From assembly GCA_964035545.1 (NCBI GenBank), contig OZ037765.1:11170698-11234697 (forward strand): a stretch of DNA of 64,000 nucleotides, written 5' to 3'. Below the pieces are notes generated by a model that worked only from the letters and a program-made list of their open reading frames with translations, was not told where the DNA came from and ran no database searches. Positions within the stretch are counted from its first letter, which is position 1, and each line of letters begins with the position of its first letter. Shown here one piece after another: positions 1 to 12,361 of the stretch. The position numbers and the translations under genes are program-made. This DNA comes from Bugula neritina (lineage: Eukaryota > Animalia > Bryozoa).

Positions 1-822
1 TCAACTCTCCAATCTAACAACAAAACCAGCTATACTTTTCATATATTACATGCAAATAAATACACTCTTATGTATAAAACAGTAACTTAAAGTCACTCTT
101 TATTAGTTGAATCTCAAAAAGCCATAGCTATTAACATTTTCTACCACATTGTTTTTAAAAATAATTACTGGCTATAAAACATCATATATGATAACTTTGT
201 TGTCTCTAAATTAAAAACTTTATAAAATTATTTTTACCAAGACCCCACCACAAGTTTACAAAAAATATTGAGATAGTAACAAGATCGAGATGCTGTGTTG
301 TGAATAAAAAGCATGTTTATGTGCTTAAAAACACATGACATATTTACAATTTACTTTTCATAAATGAAAGAGTAGTTTTTAATTTCTGCAAAAGATTGTG
401 AGTGAGCATGTACTAATGGCAAATTAAAGTCTATGATAAATAATAAAAACATAATACTTAATTGTGTATACTAATTAGTCTAACTCTCAACAAGACCTTA
501 TGAAAATTGATACTTTTGTACTTAATTTATTAATGTGAAGAAAGTTAAAAGTTCTGCACAAGAAACTGCTAATGAAATGCTTGCTTAGTTTTCAGTGACT
601 AGTTCAAGCAAAAAATTTAAATAAATGAAAACCCATAAACACTTTATGATTTAATTTTATAAATTTTTTTATTCCACTCTTCAACAAAAAAACTAAATGA
701 AAGCATTTTTATGCTACTGACAATCAACTAAAATGAATTGAATTTTCATTGCAATCAATAATTAGTTCAGTATTTGCAAAAAATCTTCTACTAAAAGCTT
801 ACACGTGTAGAAAAACACTCAC

Positions 823-3011
823 TCGAGATGATATGTCGTAGGCTAGCATATCACCTTCATCTTCATTTGAATTCAGATCCTGCATGTCTGCAGTGTTGTT
901 ACTTTTCATAGCCGTATAGAGGACCGTGGTGACTTTGAGCAACTCTTTAACAGCATAACCATCAGCTGAGTAGAGTCTTTTTGTATTGAGCTTAATGTGA
1001 GCCTTCAACGCCTAAAATAGTAGGAAATATGAAGTGAAAGTTTAGCAATTATTTCAAACTGTGTTTATAAATTTTGTTTACAGAAGTGCGCTAATCTACT
1101 GCTGCAGTGTAGCAGCCTTGTGTAGTAACAAACCAACACATTCCCTAGTTTCCAAGCTTGAACATTTGAAAGAAAAGAAAAAAGACTAAAAAATATATCG
1201 TTCATAAATTAATGCACTATAAATAGTATTGCTAGCATTTATACCATTCACACAATAAAATTTAAGTTTAATTGGAAAATATTTGACTAGTTAATTGCAT
1301 CTCACTCTATTATAAAAATATTTATATGGCACTACAAAGTTTAAGGGGAGACTAATTATATGATTTAAAAATAGAAATTTAGTTAGTGATTGTTATTATA
1401 TAAACCAAGTTTTAGCTTGAACAGAAAACATTTCAATTCATCGTTTTAAATAGAAAAATTCTGTTGCTTTAGAACGCACTTTTTAATGGCAGTTAACGTT
1501 TTTGTAAAATAAAATTAAACAGCATAAGCTGGTTACTGCATCAACTAAATTGAAAATAAGTAAACTATGAGAAAAATCAACAGTGTCTTTAAAATGCAAA
1601 AATATTTTGACATATATTTTCATCCCCTTATAACACTAGTGCTGACGCTGATTAATCTAGATGCTCTTACCATGAATTGTGAAACAGACTTTATGAATAT
1701 AACTCTATCTTGCTCTGTTTCTGTGTCTTCTGGCAAATCTGCATTCGGATCATATCTACAGTAGAAATAAATTATTAAGACATATGTTGACTTTACACTG
1801 ACAGGGGAGTTGTAAAAATTCTATTTTAAATCTGTTTTCAAATTGAATATATTTAAAATTATTAAATAACTCTCACAGTATTTAAGGACGCAAAATTAAT
1901 TCAAAAATCTGCATTTACCGCTTTACAAGCCAAATTAACACTTCTGCTACTAAAGGAAAGTTTGGTTGTCTAAAGTTTTCCATTGAAATCAGCCGTGGAT
2001 ATCCAAGAGACCTCATCATCTCTGTAAAATCTGCAAATGATAATAAATTAATGAGAGAAAAGGCAAGGTGAATTGTTAATATAATCCAAATAATTATTCA
2101 AAAATAAACTATAAAATTCAACAAAATAACAGCAATTTATTGATTTTCATTAAATTCAAATTGGAACTTTTTTATTTGACTGAATTAACATTGTGGTACT
2201 TCATTTAGCACCATCCAGAAAATGCAATAGTTACAGATAAAAACATTTAAAAATAATAAAATGCAAACAACACAAGAAATTGAAGCAAAAGCAAACAACA
2301 TAAGTAGTATTTATTGAAATTAATCAATATAATCAACATATTTTAGCAAATTAAAATTCTTATTTGTCAGTCAAAATCAAAAGCAATACTTTTCAGTTAT
2401 CAAACTTTCGAATTGAATTATTTTTTGCTAAATTTACTTTCAAATTTATAGAAATTAAATTAAGTATACCTATGGCTATAGTGATCAAATCATCATCATT
2501 ATCATTGTAGCTTTTTTACTTGCACATTGATGTTGAGCTAAATTCAAAACTACAGTATAACGATTCATGACTAATTGTGTGATTGCTAATAGTAATAGTT
2601 ATACTAAAACTTATATTTATATTAATAGAAATTCAATTGTACAGCTGTACTCATAGAGTATCATAGTGGCATTTGATTTATACTTATCACTTATGATATT
2701 GATAACTTGCTGTTATTGATATTCTTACTTGTTAATTATTATTAAAGTATTGGTAATATTATTTATTATATTCATTACCAATAATTATATTTTAAATTTG
2801 TAATATACTATTCATTAAATTTAATCTTTCATTTTATATTATAAATTCAAATTGAATTTAAAATTAATGATATTCATATTGATTGCATTTGCTTAGCCTC
2901 AAGTATTATTATTATTACAATAACTTAAATAACAAGTTGGCTAAAGCATGATTATTAAGAAAAAAGTTTTGATTTTTTAAATAACTTACTTCTTAAATCT
3001 CTGAACGACAT
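823..3011 (-). CDS. CLUAP1: Clusterin-associated protein 1 / IFT38, first four coding exons; gene continues beyond position 1
   Basis: Exons 2990-3011, 1919-2030, 1671-1755, 823-1011, all GT-AG and frame-consistent. Spliced protein [99 protein letters not shown] matches the CLUAP1 N-terminus as I recall it. Confidence 0.95.
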
Positions 3012-4408
3012 ATTTATTGAGTGGTGGGATGTAATTTCAAATTCAGCGTTGACTTTATGAAACAACTGCTCTCAAGGTATGATTGCTTCGTTTCTATAGA
3101 CGTTTCTAAAGGAATGCATAATCAATAACCTAAATACTATAAAAGAGTATCCGGTAAAATCCGAGGGGTTTAATGTTACCACACGTTTTGTAATACAGTA
3201 ACAAACTAAGGTTAAGTCAAAGTTTTCGAACAGCTTCTAATAATTCAACAGACAGCAACTCCCAATTACATGGTACTAAATCGAGGTTTTGGATGTCTTA
3301 CTATCCTTATGAATGATACGCACTGTTATGGTGCTGCAGTGAAAATAACTCGAATGTATTACATTAAAACATTAATAAACATAACAGAGACAACGTTTTT
3401 ACCCAAATAAGAAAAAAATAGTGCTAATCAAGTTGCAGCTGAAATTTCTGTACAAAATCTAAGTAAAGTTGAAAAGGTGTAATCATCGGGTTCTTATTAC
3501 AAGTAAAGTTTTAATATATTATAGTTTAGTGCTTTAAGCAGGAATTGTTACTTTATTTTTAAAATCGTTGATATGCTCTCATTAAGAGAGGTAAGTCAAT
3601 AAATATTAAACAATAAATATTTTATCAAGTACGTGGCCTGATAAAGCTATAGCATTTATTCTCGCCACTTGCAAATAAATAAGCCGCCTAATGCAAACAA
3701 TTGAGCTGTTGGTGAGAGGAAATCCATGATGGATAATGGCTGTTTTTGTCACTTTAATAAAAAGAATTGTAATTTTGAATGAAATGTGTAAGATGAAAAT
3801 AACCTTATAAGTTATATAAACAAAAGAAAATTTTCAACTTACACATTATTTTGGTATAAAACAACTTGTTCAAAATTATGTTTAAGCAATTTCTTTGCTA
3901 AAACTAGTAACACAGTTATACAAGTTTCTTTCCAAAAGATTCATCACATTGCACAACTGCTTTACATAGGCAAGTTAGCTTGTACAACACATAAACTATA
4001 AACAAATTCTAGACTTAGATATAAAGTGAATGTATTAATTTATTTTATTTCAGTATTGAAGCACATATATTTTATACATACTAATGTGTATAATACACAT
4101 GATAAACTTTACTTACAGTGAAATTATTCTTATATTAAAAAGTTGGTGTATACATGTCGAAAAGCTGTGGTATTTAATTACAAGCAAAGTATGCTTGGTG
4201 CAGACTGTGTGATAATATGGGAAGTTTGGTTGCTGTACATTCTCCATGCACTATAATACACACTATATACAAAATATATATAAAGGCTTATTCAATAATC
4301 AATGGTTTAGCTTATATATTTAAAAAATTACATTTAATCTAAAAGGACTGAAACTAAAAATTTCCGTTCAAGAAAGCAAAAAAGTTGTGAGTTAAATTAT
4401 TGACACAT

Positions 4409-7400
4409 TTATACGGCACTCGACATGCCGGGATCATTAAAGATTTCTTTGTGACCATTTGACACGTAGTTATTGTTGAGGGAAGAATTCTTTTGAGTAT
4501 ATGGAGGTGGTGCTGCGTGAGAAGCGGAATGTGAAGTAGAGGCTGCAGAATATGCAACTTCTGCTGTTCTCCTGACATCCTTGTTGAGGTTTAGATCACC
4601 CGTTGAGCTCCACGTTCTTCTGCTTGGATCAGCCGCTAGTAACTGTATGTTGTTTGGGTTTAGAATCATGTCTTTATAAACCGGTCTTTGGGGCTTATTA
4701 CTATAAACATCTTGAATCACTTGATTTCTAGGAGGACTGTCATTACTGTCATTACTACCTCCACTACCAGAGAACATTGCACTATCATCACATTCAGTAT
4801 GATCACTTTCTGGTATAGTATCCAAATCAGAGTCTAAGTTTGTTTCTATTACAATTTTTGTGGCTTCTTGAAATTTCACTTTTTGTTCACTGCTTTTTTT
4901 TCTAACTTTAGCATACATTTTGTGAGCCAATATTCCAGGTGCTGGTCTATTAGTTAACCCATTATTAGTGGAAGTCGTAGAGTTACTGATATTGTCGTCA
5001 TTACAATTGGAAGTTGGGAGAGTTGGTCTATCTCCGGTTTGAAGTTCCTGGAGAGGATAACCACCATTTTCATCTTGCTCATCTTCAACATGGTCATCAA
5101 CAAAGAATCTGGTCCGGTTCTGCAGAACTGCGTATCTTTTCAGATTTATTTCATGAATCTCGAAATTCCAATTCTGTTTTATAGTAAAAGCAAACCAGAT
5201 TACAATCCATAGAAGCATATACAAGACGCAGGCAATTAGATGGGCAATTAACACTCTATCTTTTGTTTCACTGTACATGGAAACATAGTCATACATGATA
5301 GGTGCATTACATGCCACGTAGAATAAGATAGAACCGAGTGCCATAGCATGGGGAAGATAAGCACCACAGTCGCTGTTAATACCCTGGTGATGGCCAAGTT
5401 TCTTTAGCAAGTTTCTTATCATTTCCAAAATCACGCCATATCCAAAGTGAAATATACACCATGACGAAACAAACAGTAATAGGTTGCCGCAAATATAAAG
5501 CAGAAGCAGTGCATAATTGTCTAAAAGAAATATTGTAGGCTTATTAGTCGTAACTATTTCAGAGTATAGAGTCTTGAATCCTATATACGATAGAACGTGA
5601 AGCATTATAGCTGATATTGATTGAATCCAATAAATTAGTGTAAATAATTTGTTTGAGAGCCAAAATACTGATACAGTTCGATGTGAGCAAATCAACAGAG
5701 AAAGGATGAGATTTGCCAGCTCTAGGTTGGTTGATGGTATTGCTGTGGTGCCAATATCGGGATTGGTAGAGTTGATACTCAGCATTTCCCAATCCAGGAA
5801 GAATGCACTACCGCTGTTACTAGACTCTAAAACAAATGTATTAAAACTCATGTGATTGAGACATATACATATTAACTAGTTCTTATATTTTCTTGAAAAA
5901 GTTACTCGGGTTGGGCTGAGTAAAATATTTGAATTGCACCATTCAGGACACTGTGTCCTTGAAGCTGACATAATTTTTGTTGCAAAATTTCATTTGAGAT
6001 GGATAAGCAAAATAAATTGTTCTGCTTCGCCTCAGCTAACTCATGCTAGTCACTGCAGAGTTAACTCAACTACATTTCTTTCCAACATGAAAATGCCATT
6101 CTTAACAAAAATATTATTTGTTTGCTCCTAAAAGCATTTGCACTCTATAAATAGTATACAATGTATACTATACATGATAAAGCATGCAGCTACACTTATC
6201 AGGATCGTGCTGTTGACAATTTATAAAAGTTAAATAGCAGAGTAGTTTTGCTCAATTTTATGTAAGACATGTTGATGCTTGGCACACAGACTATTGTAAG
6301 TACTCAAGCAAACAGTGTGGCCCTGTAAGGGACAATACAAACGGTAATTGAATTCTAAACAAGAAATTATTAGATTAGATTGAGTGGTGACAGAGGTGCT
6401 CCAAGCTACTTGAGGATAGCCAGTTCTTTTATGAACTTACTAGCTAGTAAGTGAAATACAATAACTGTCATTACTTGTGATCATATAAGATGCATTTTGT
6501 GAACAACACAGTTGCATTGTTTGGAAAGATGACAAAATAAATATATTGATTATATTATAATTGAATAATTAAATCAGGCAACTTTAAGGTATACTTGGTA
6601 CACTGGGTAATGTTGGCCAGCAACAATAGCCCTAACAAAAGGCTAATTGATCCTTGGGCAGCATACAGAGTATTCAGGACAGGAACATTAGCTAGAAGTC
6701 ACTGATCTGCACAAGTATTATCTGAGAAAATGACCATCAGAATACTATGTTTCACAGTACTAGCATAGCCCATAGATATACATACACTAGTGACTGGCAG
6801 TTAAATGGTGAATTGAATTCAGATTTTGTAACCAATAAACACTAAAATTGGCCATGAACCAAAGAAATGGTTTGACAGTAACAAAAAATTAGAAGAATTG
6901 TTAAAATTATTATTTTGATATTTTTAAGCGCAACATACATGGTTAAATACTTTACCTGTGTATATTTTATTTTTTCTCCCAGTTGCCACGACAAAAACAT
7001 TGCCAATAAGCAATAGGTACGCGCAAACTATGTGCAACATAACCGCAAATGGAGGAGCTCCCATGTAGATCCTAGAGGTGCACAATCCAGCTTTATCACT
7101 AATTTCTTTTTTCAAAAAATCGAATCCAACTGCAACACAATTAACATTCTTTTTAATATGTGGACTTCCCTAATGGCTTAAAAATTGTACTGTATGCAAT
7201 ATGTAGATAACAATATAACAATAGCATGTACCAAGCAGTGTGCCTTTTTTAGTTACTGTGGTTGATGTACAGCAGATTTTGTAACTAAGACTTACCTTGA
7301 CAAGCATCATTTGTATAGGTGCCAAGCTTGATGAAGGAGATAAACACGGCAGCAGGTAGAAGAAGTGCAGATATACATATTAGAGAAAGTTGATAGTCAG

Positions 7401-7566
7401 CAGTTTGTGGTAGCACAGTCTTGTAAATAAGATATCTAGTAATTGCCTGATACAGCAGGTAGGAATGTGTAATTAGGATGACTGATGAGTAACAAAAAGG
7501 CCAAAGACTGCTCAGCCAATGGCGCCTTTTCCCTTTCGCTTCTAAAGGCTTTCTTCTCCGTGGCAT
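4409..7566 (-). CDS. Tincar-like multi-pass transmembrane protein, about 620 aa
   Basis: Exons 7296-7566, 6956-7129, 4409-5826 (both introns phase 1; acceptor tttgttttag before 5826). Hydrophobic helices with tincar-type blocks SLWPFCY, KLGTYTNDA, PPFAVMLHIVCAYLLL, NLILSLLICSHRTVSVFWLSNK, LWIVIWFAFTIKQNWNF, then a long low-complexity cytoplasmic tail. Confidence 0.8.
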
Positions 7567-8246
7567 GTCTCTGAAAATGTTAGAATCATAGCTACTAATA
7601 ATCACTAACAAGTCATATTGCTATGAGTCTAAAAAGTTTGAGCTAGTTACAAACCTATCTGGGAGTTTGGCAGAATTTGAAAAATATTGCTGTGCCAAAG
7701 TTCACTTGTGGTTTCACCAACCAGCATGGTCAACTGAAAAACCATTAGGTGGAGAGAATGCAGCAAGTATAAATTTAGCAGCCTATCAAATATAGCTTTA
7801 TATGGCAGTTAAACCAACCTGTGTCACCAGAACTATTATACCAAAAGCCGATTTTAATTAGTGCTAAGGAGTTTTTGGTCTGTCCTGACCTGTCAAGATT
7901 TATTTTATTATCTTTTGTGTTTGCAGTATACCATTAGACAAACCATCAGTCATATATTTTATAGGTGTGATTTTCTCTGCTAATGGTACTATACTACAAG
8001 GACACAAAACTTCTGGTATTGAGTAAACACATTTAATGAATTTAAGTTGTACCTACCAGTAACAAAAATTATTTGAAATTCCAACAGCACAAATGACAAA
8101 TTATAGTACCCCAAAATAGTGAAATACTAAAATAATGAAAGCTCAGCAGCCACTTAATTTCGACATCTATACATTGTTTCCAGTACAGCCTCTGAACTAA
8201 TTTTAATTACAATAACTCATTCTTAATTTCTCATTAACTGAAAAAA

Positions 8247-8315
8247 TCCTTAGCGCTTAAAAAACCTTTCCATCAGCAGTTTTTATAGGAATGGTGACTA
8301 TTACCCCACTTGAGC
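8247..8315 (+). mobile_element. 3' fragment of the tRNA-derived SINE family
   Basis: tccttagc...aaaaaacctttccatcag...ggaatggtgactat aligns with the 3' half of the copy at 44055-44284. Confidence 0.5.
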
Positions 8316-9116
8316 TCATGAACGGCAAATGATTTTAGTTGCTATCACAGAGACTGTTTAAAAATAGCAGCTCCTAAATAAACTCTAACCATCAACTAGC
8401 TATATTGCTAGTCAACATGTCCAGTACTTTGCCAAAGATGATCAGTGTTGAGTGTGAAATATAGTAACTCTTGATACATAAAATTATTTGGAGTTACATT
8501 AAATTAGTCAATGAATTCAGTACTATTGTAAAGTTTTATTCATAGTTTGAATTTATAGGATACATCAAAGGGACATTGCACCAATGTGTGAAGATAAACA
8601 TAATATAAGCTGATGAGTATAAAAGAAAAATTGTGCTTAATATTTTAGCTGATTTCCTGCTTTTGTTTGTTACATAAGGTGGCTGGTAAATATTATTTTG
8701 TGGTAATGTACACAAAAAGCTTTCACTTGATATCAATACATGCTAAAGTTGTTATTTGCAATCATATCCATAAAGGTACAAAAAATTTCGCACATTCTTT
8801 CTGGCTTGGCAGAGATTGGGTTACTTATATTAATAGCTGGTGCATGACAACAGTAAGAATGAAAATGCTTTCTAAAAAATGTTTGGGCTTCGAATATATT
8901 TGAAGAAACCAAACTATCTTCTTGACATTTGAGCCTTGCATATACCACCACACAATAATGTACATTATATGCTTGTAATGTCTGTTGTTACTTATACAGA
9001 TATTTCTGTATTCTATCAAAAACAATAGCCAACAGAAAATATCAGTTGCTGTTGACGTTTTAGTATGTAGAACCCAGCGCTGCAACAGCTTATCCAGTGC
9101 ATAGAAACTTACTTAC

Positions 9117-9204
9117 TTTCAATGAGTGCTATTCCTGGTGTTGCACATTCCCTTTCAAGTAGAAGTTAGCAAGATGACCATCTAGTCAATAAAGTATGTT
9201 GGAG
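9117..9204 (-). other. Candidate non-coding 5' UTR exon of the tincar-like gene
   Basis: Strong acceptor (ttttatttttag) and strong donor (gtaagt) on the minus strand; a further minus-strand gtaagt donor after 10817 suggests another upstream exon. No transcript evidence. Confidence 0.35.
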
Positions 9205-12200
9205 CTAAAAATAAAAGGAATGCAAGGTGAGATAAAACACTCTGAGCACTAAAAGAGCACACAGTAGACTACGAGTGCCCACTATAATGTTCACGTTGTA
9301 TCCTTTATTTATTCACAGTGGCCTTTTGTAAAAGCACGATTAGATTACGATCAATAATTCTTAAGCTGAGTCTGATGTTCAGAGTGAAGCAAACTCTGCA
9401 TTTTACAAATAGCTTTCTATGAGATATATTGTGATGTTTTTGGCATTACATGTCTTCAGGTCAGTGATGAGTAACTTATTGCTGGTGACAGGAAACCTAC
9501 ACATATGTTATGACTAGTGCTGTCATGCTGCTGTATATATTGTTAAAACTAACAGTTCAGAGTGTCATTAATGATTAATCATAATGTGGCTTTTATTATA
9601 ACAGTTATCCCAAAGTAGATAAATCTGACCAAGGTCGATTTCTTTATAGTTTTAGTAATATTAGCAATATAATATATAATGTTTATTTGTAACACCGCAT
9701 AGGAACAAAAATTAATATAGTTTAACTTGAAGTTACTGCATTTTTGTGAACCAAGGGTTGACTGGTCGGTTCATCAAGCAACTTGAATATTATGTAAGAT
9801 ATCATAAAACTGTAGAAATAGTTTCTAAATCACCCAAATAGTTAATAAAATGCATGCATGCAACTACAAGTACAAGGCCTACTGATAACACTATATAATA
9901 TTAATTAATATAATTTACCAAAGTTTAATTTAATATATGTCTAACTATAAGTATACTGAATATCTTGACATTAGTTTAACCTTAGGAGTGTTCTTACCTC
10001 AATACAAGTACAAGAATTAGCATCATAATCAAAGTACACTCACTGTGAACACTGAGCACACTGACGAACTGACATCAGGAACTACTAAAGGTCATGCAGT
10101 CAAATAAAAGTGCACCTATAAGAGGTTACTACAGCCCAAGCTGTGCAGATAATTGGTGATTTGTTTATTACATATTTTTATTGTACCCATGCCAAGTTTG
10201 ACATTCACAGCAGGACTCATGGCAGCTGCAAGCTAGTATAAGATAACAAACATCAATTAGTGTAGTGTGTACAGGTGTGTAGGCGAGTATAAAAATGTAA
10301 TCCTTGCTGAAATAAGAAACAGATAAGGAAGCTAATGACATTTACTGGCTTACAGTTAGTAATTCAAAACCTAATGTAAAAGTCTTGCCATTTTACATAG
10401 TGCAAGTTATGTACACTAGATTAGATAGCAATTTACATAACCTACTTTTATCGGTTTATGCAATATACCTTCAAAATAAAATAGGTTCAACCCATTAGGA
10501 ATTGAGAGCACATTTGTGTATAATACTATAAGTATAAATGGTACATAAGCTATCCAATACTGATACTCATTTCTCATAGTGATAGTCATTTGCAAAATAC
10601 TGCATTAGTGCCATCATCATGTGAATAGCGTATACACTATGCCGTACACATTGTCGAGTATTATACTAATTTTTAGTGTTCAGCCGTTGATACCATATTA
10701 TATTAAAATATCCCGACCAAATAGCTGCTTTAAAATAGTACACCCAATTAAATAAAATATAGTCCGATATTTATTTCACATAGGTACCCAAAAGACAATA
10801 ATAATTATCTACTTACTTCAAATCTCTAGTGAGAAGACACTTTTAAAACATTTGAATGTAATACCCAGACATGTCTTAAGCTTTCAGTGAGAGAATGCAA
10901 TGGAAATGTAATCACATACACAATAGCATTGAAGATGAGCAACGTGCACACAATAGGCTGATAGATAGTCACAACTCCACTGTTCACACGGTCTAATGAG
11001 AAATCTAAACATTCAGTAGGCGGAGTAGTTGTGCATTGTACACGTGTTGTCATATCGCATCCTAATCTTTTCCTTTTCAAACAAAATCAAAGTTAGTAGC
11101 GGCTATATTTTGTGCAAGAGATTGTAAAGTGATAAAGAAAGAGAAAAACAATTAGTACAAAGTTGAATAGGATGTTTAGGCTAGTGGCAGGCAGATTTCT
11201 TGCAAAGGTGGATGCTACTAAATACGTATCGAACTCACCCACCCACCCCCACCTCCCCCCATAATCGCAGTGGACTAAATGTATAACATAACTTTTTTTT
11301 ATATACAAGTGTATAACTTGACACAATTATTCTAAAAATTTAATATATAAGATTATATTTAAGAAGCTGCAATAGGAAAGTCAACAATTTGATGTTGGAC
11401 ATATTCGCAATCGATGAGGCACATACACTGTCTATGCTGTGATTAGAAGAATAATATGTACAGAAGATGTGCATAATAGGCATGCCAAGCTATTTACAAA
11501 TAATGACCGTGTGTTAACTAGTTAAAAGCAAGAGAAAATAGAGAAACCTAGCCAATAGCTAATATCGATTTTTTGTAACTAAAACATGCAAACAGTTTAT
11601 TATAAAAGCTCTGTTGAGTTTTCCTTCCTAAAACTTTTTGATATAAAGACAAAGCACACAATTTGTATCCAACTTAAATAAAGCTTATCCCAAAATACAA
11701 ATTAATGCATCATTCACAATTTTATTTTATTATTAACCTACGTACTTATTTCCTATTTTCACACATGCATAGTTTGATAGATGATCATCACATGGCTACA
11801 AACCAATGTGCTGAAGAACATACAATTATTTTCTGGCTCACAATTTACAAAAATATTTCAGTTTATCAAACTTTCTAAATAGATAATAAAAAATTAATGT
11901 CATTTATTTTAGCAATAGACACATAGCACTAATTAGTTTTCAGGGCAAAAAGGGTAAAATGAAAATCCTTATTTTTATTGGACATGTGCAGTTAAATTAA
12001 CCAATTATAGGCATTAATTTTTGCAGACCGCCCAAAACTATTTTAGGCCTATTAGCGTTGTTGATGTAGTTAATCTATAGACATCTACCACTTTTCTTTG
12101 GCTTGTAGTTTAAAATGTTATAACTATATGTAGGTATAAATTAAACAGTACTAAATAAAATTAGTCTATTTTGGGCCCAAGACTCAAGTATGAATTTTAT

Positions 12201-12361
12201 AATACAAATCAGATAGTTTCCTGTGAGTAGAGTAATGGGAAGTACTGTATCAACAGTATAGCAGATGTACACAATAACATTGTTTGTGAACATCTGAGGT
12301 AAACTTAGTGCACATTTTTGATGGCCTGGAGAACAAAACCGCAGGTGTAATAAAGATGTGC

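Noticed and set aside
3088-3104. Possible RFX X-box upstream of the ciliary gene CLUAP1 (gtttctatagacgt)
   Set aside because: Only one half-site fits the consensus; too weak to call.
6594-6691. Open hydrophobic stretch that could be an extra tincar-like exon
   Set aside because: Exon 6956-7129 joins 5826 in frame without it, and I found no donor in a compatible phase.
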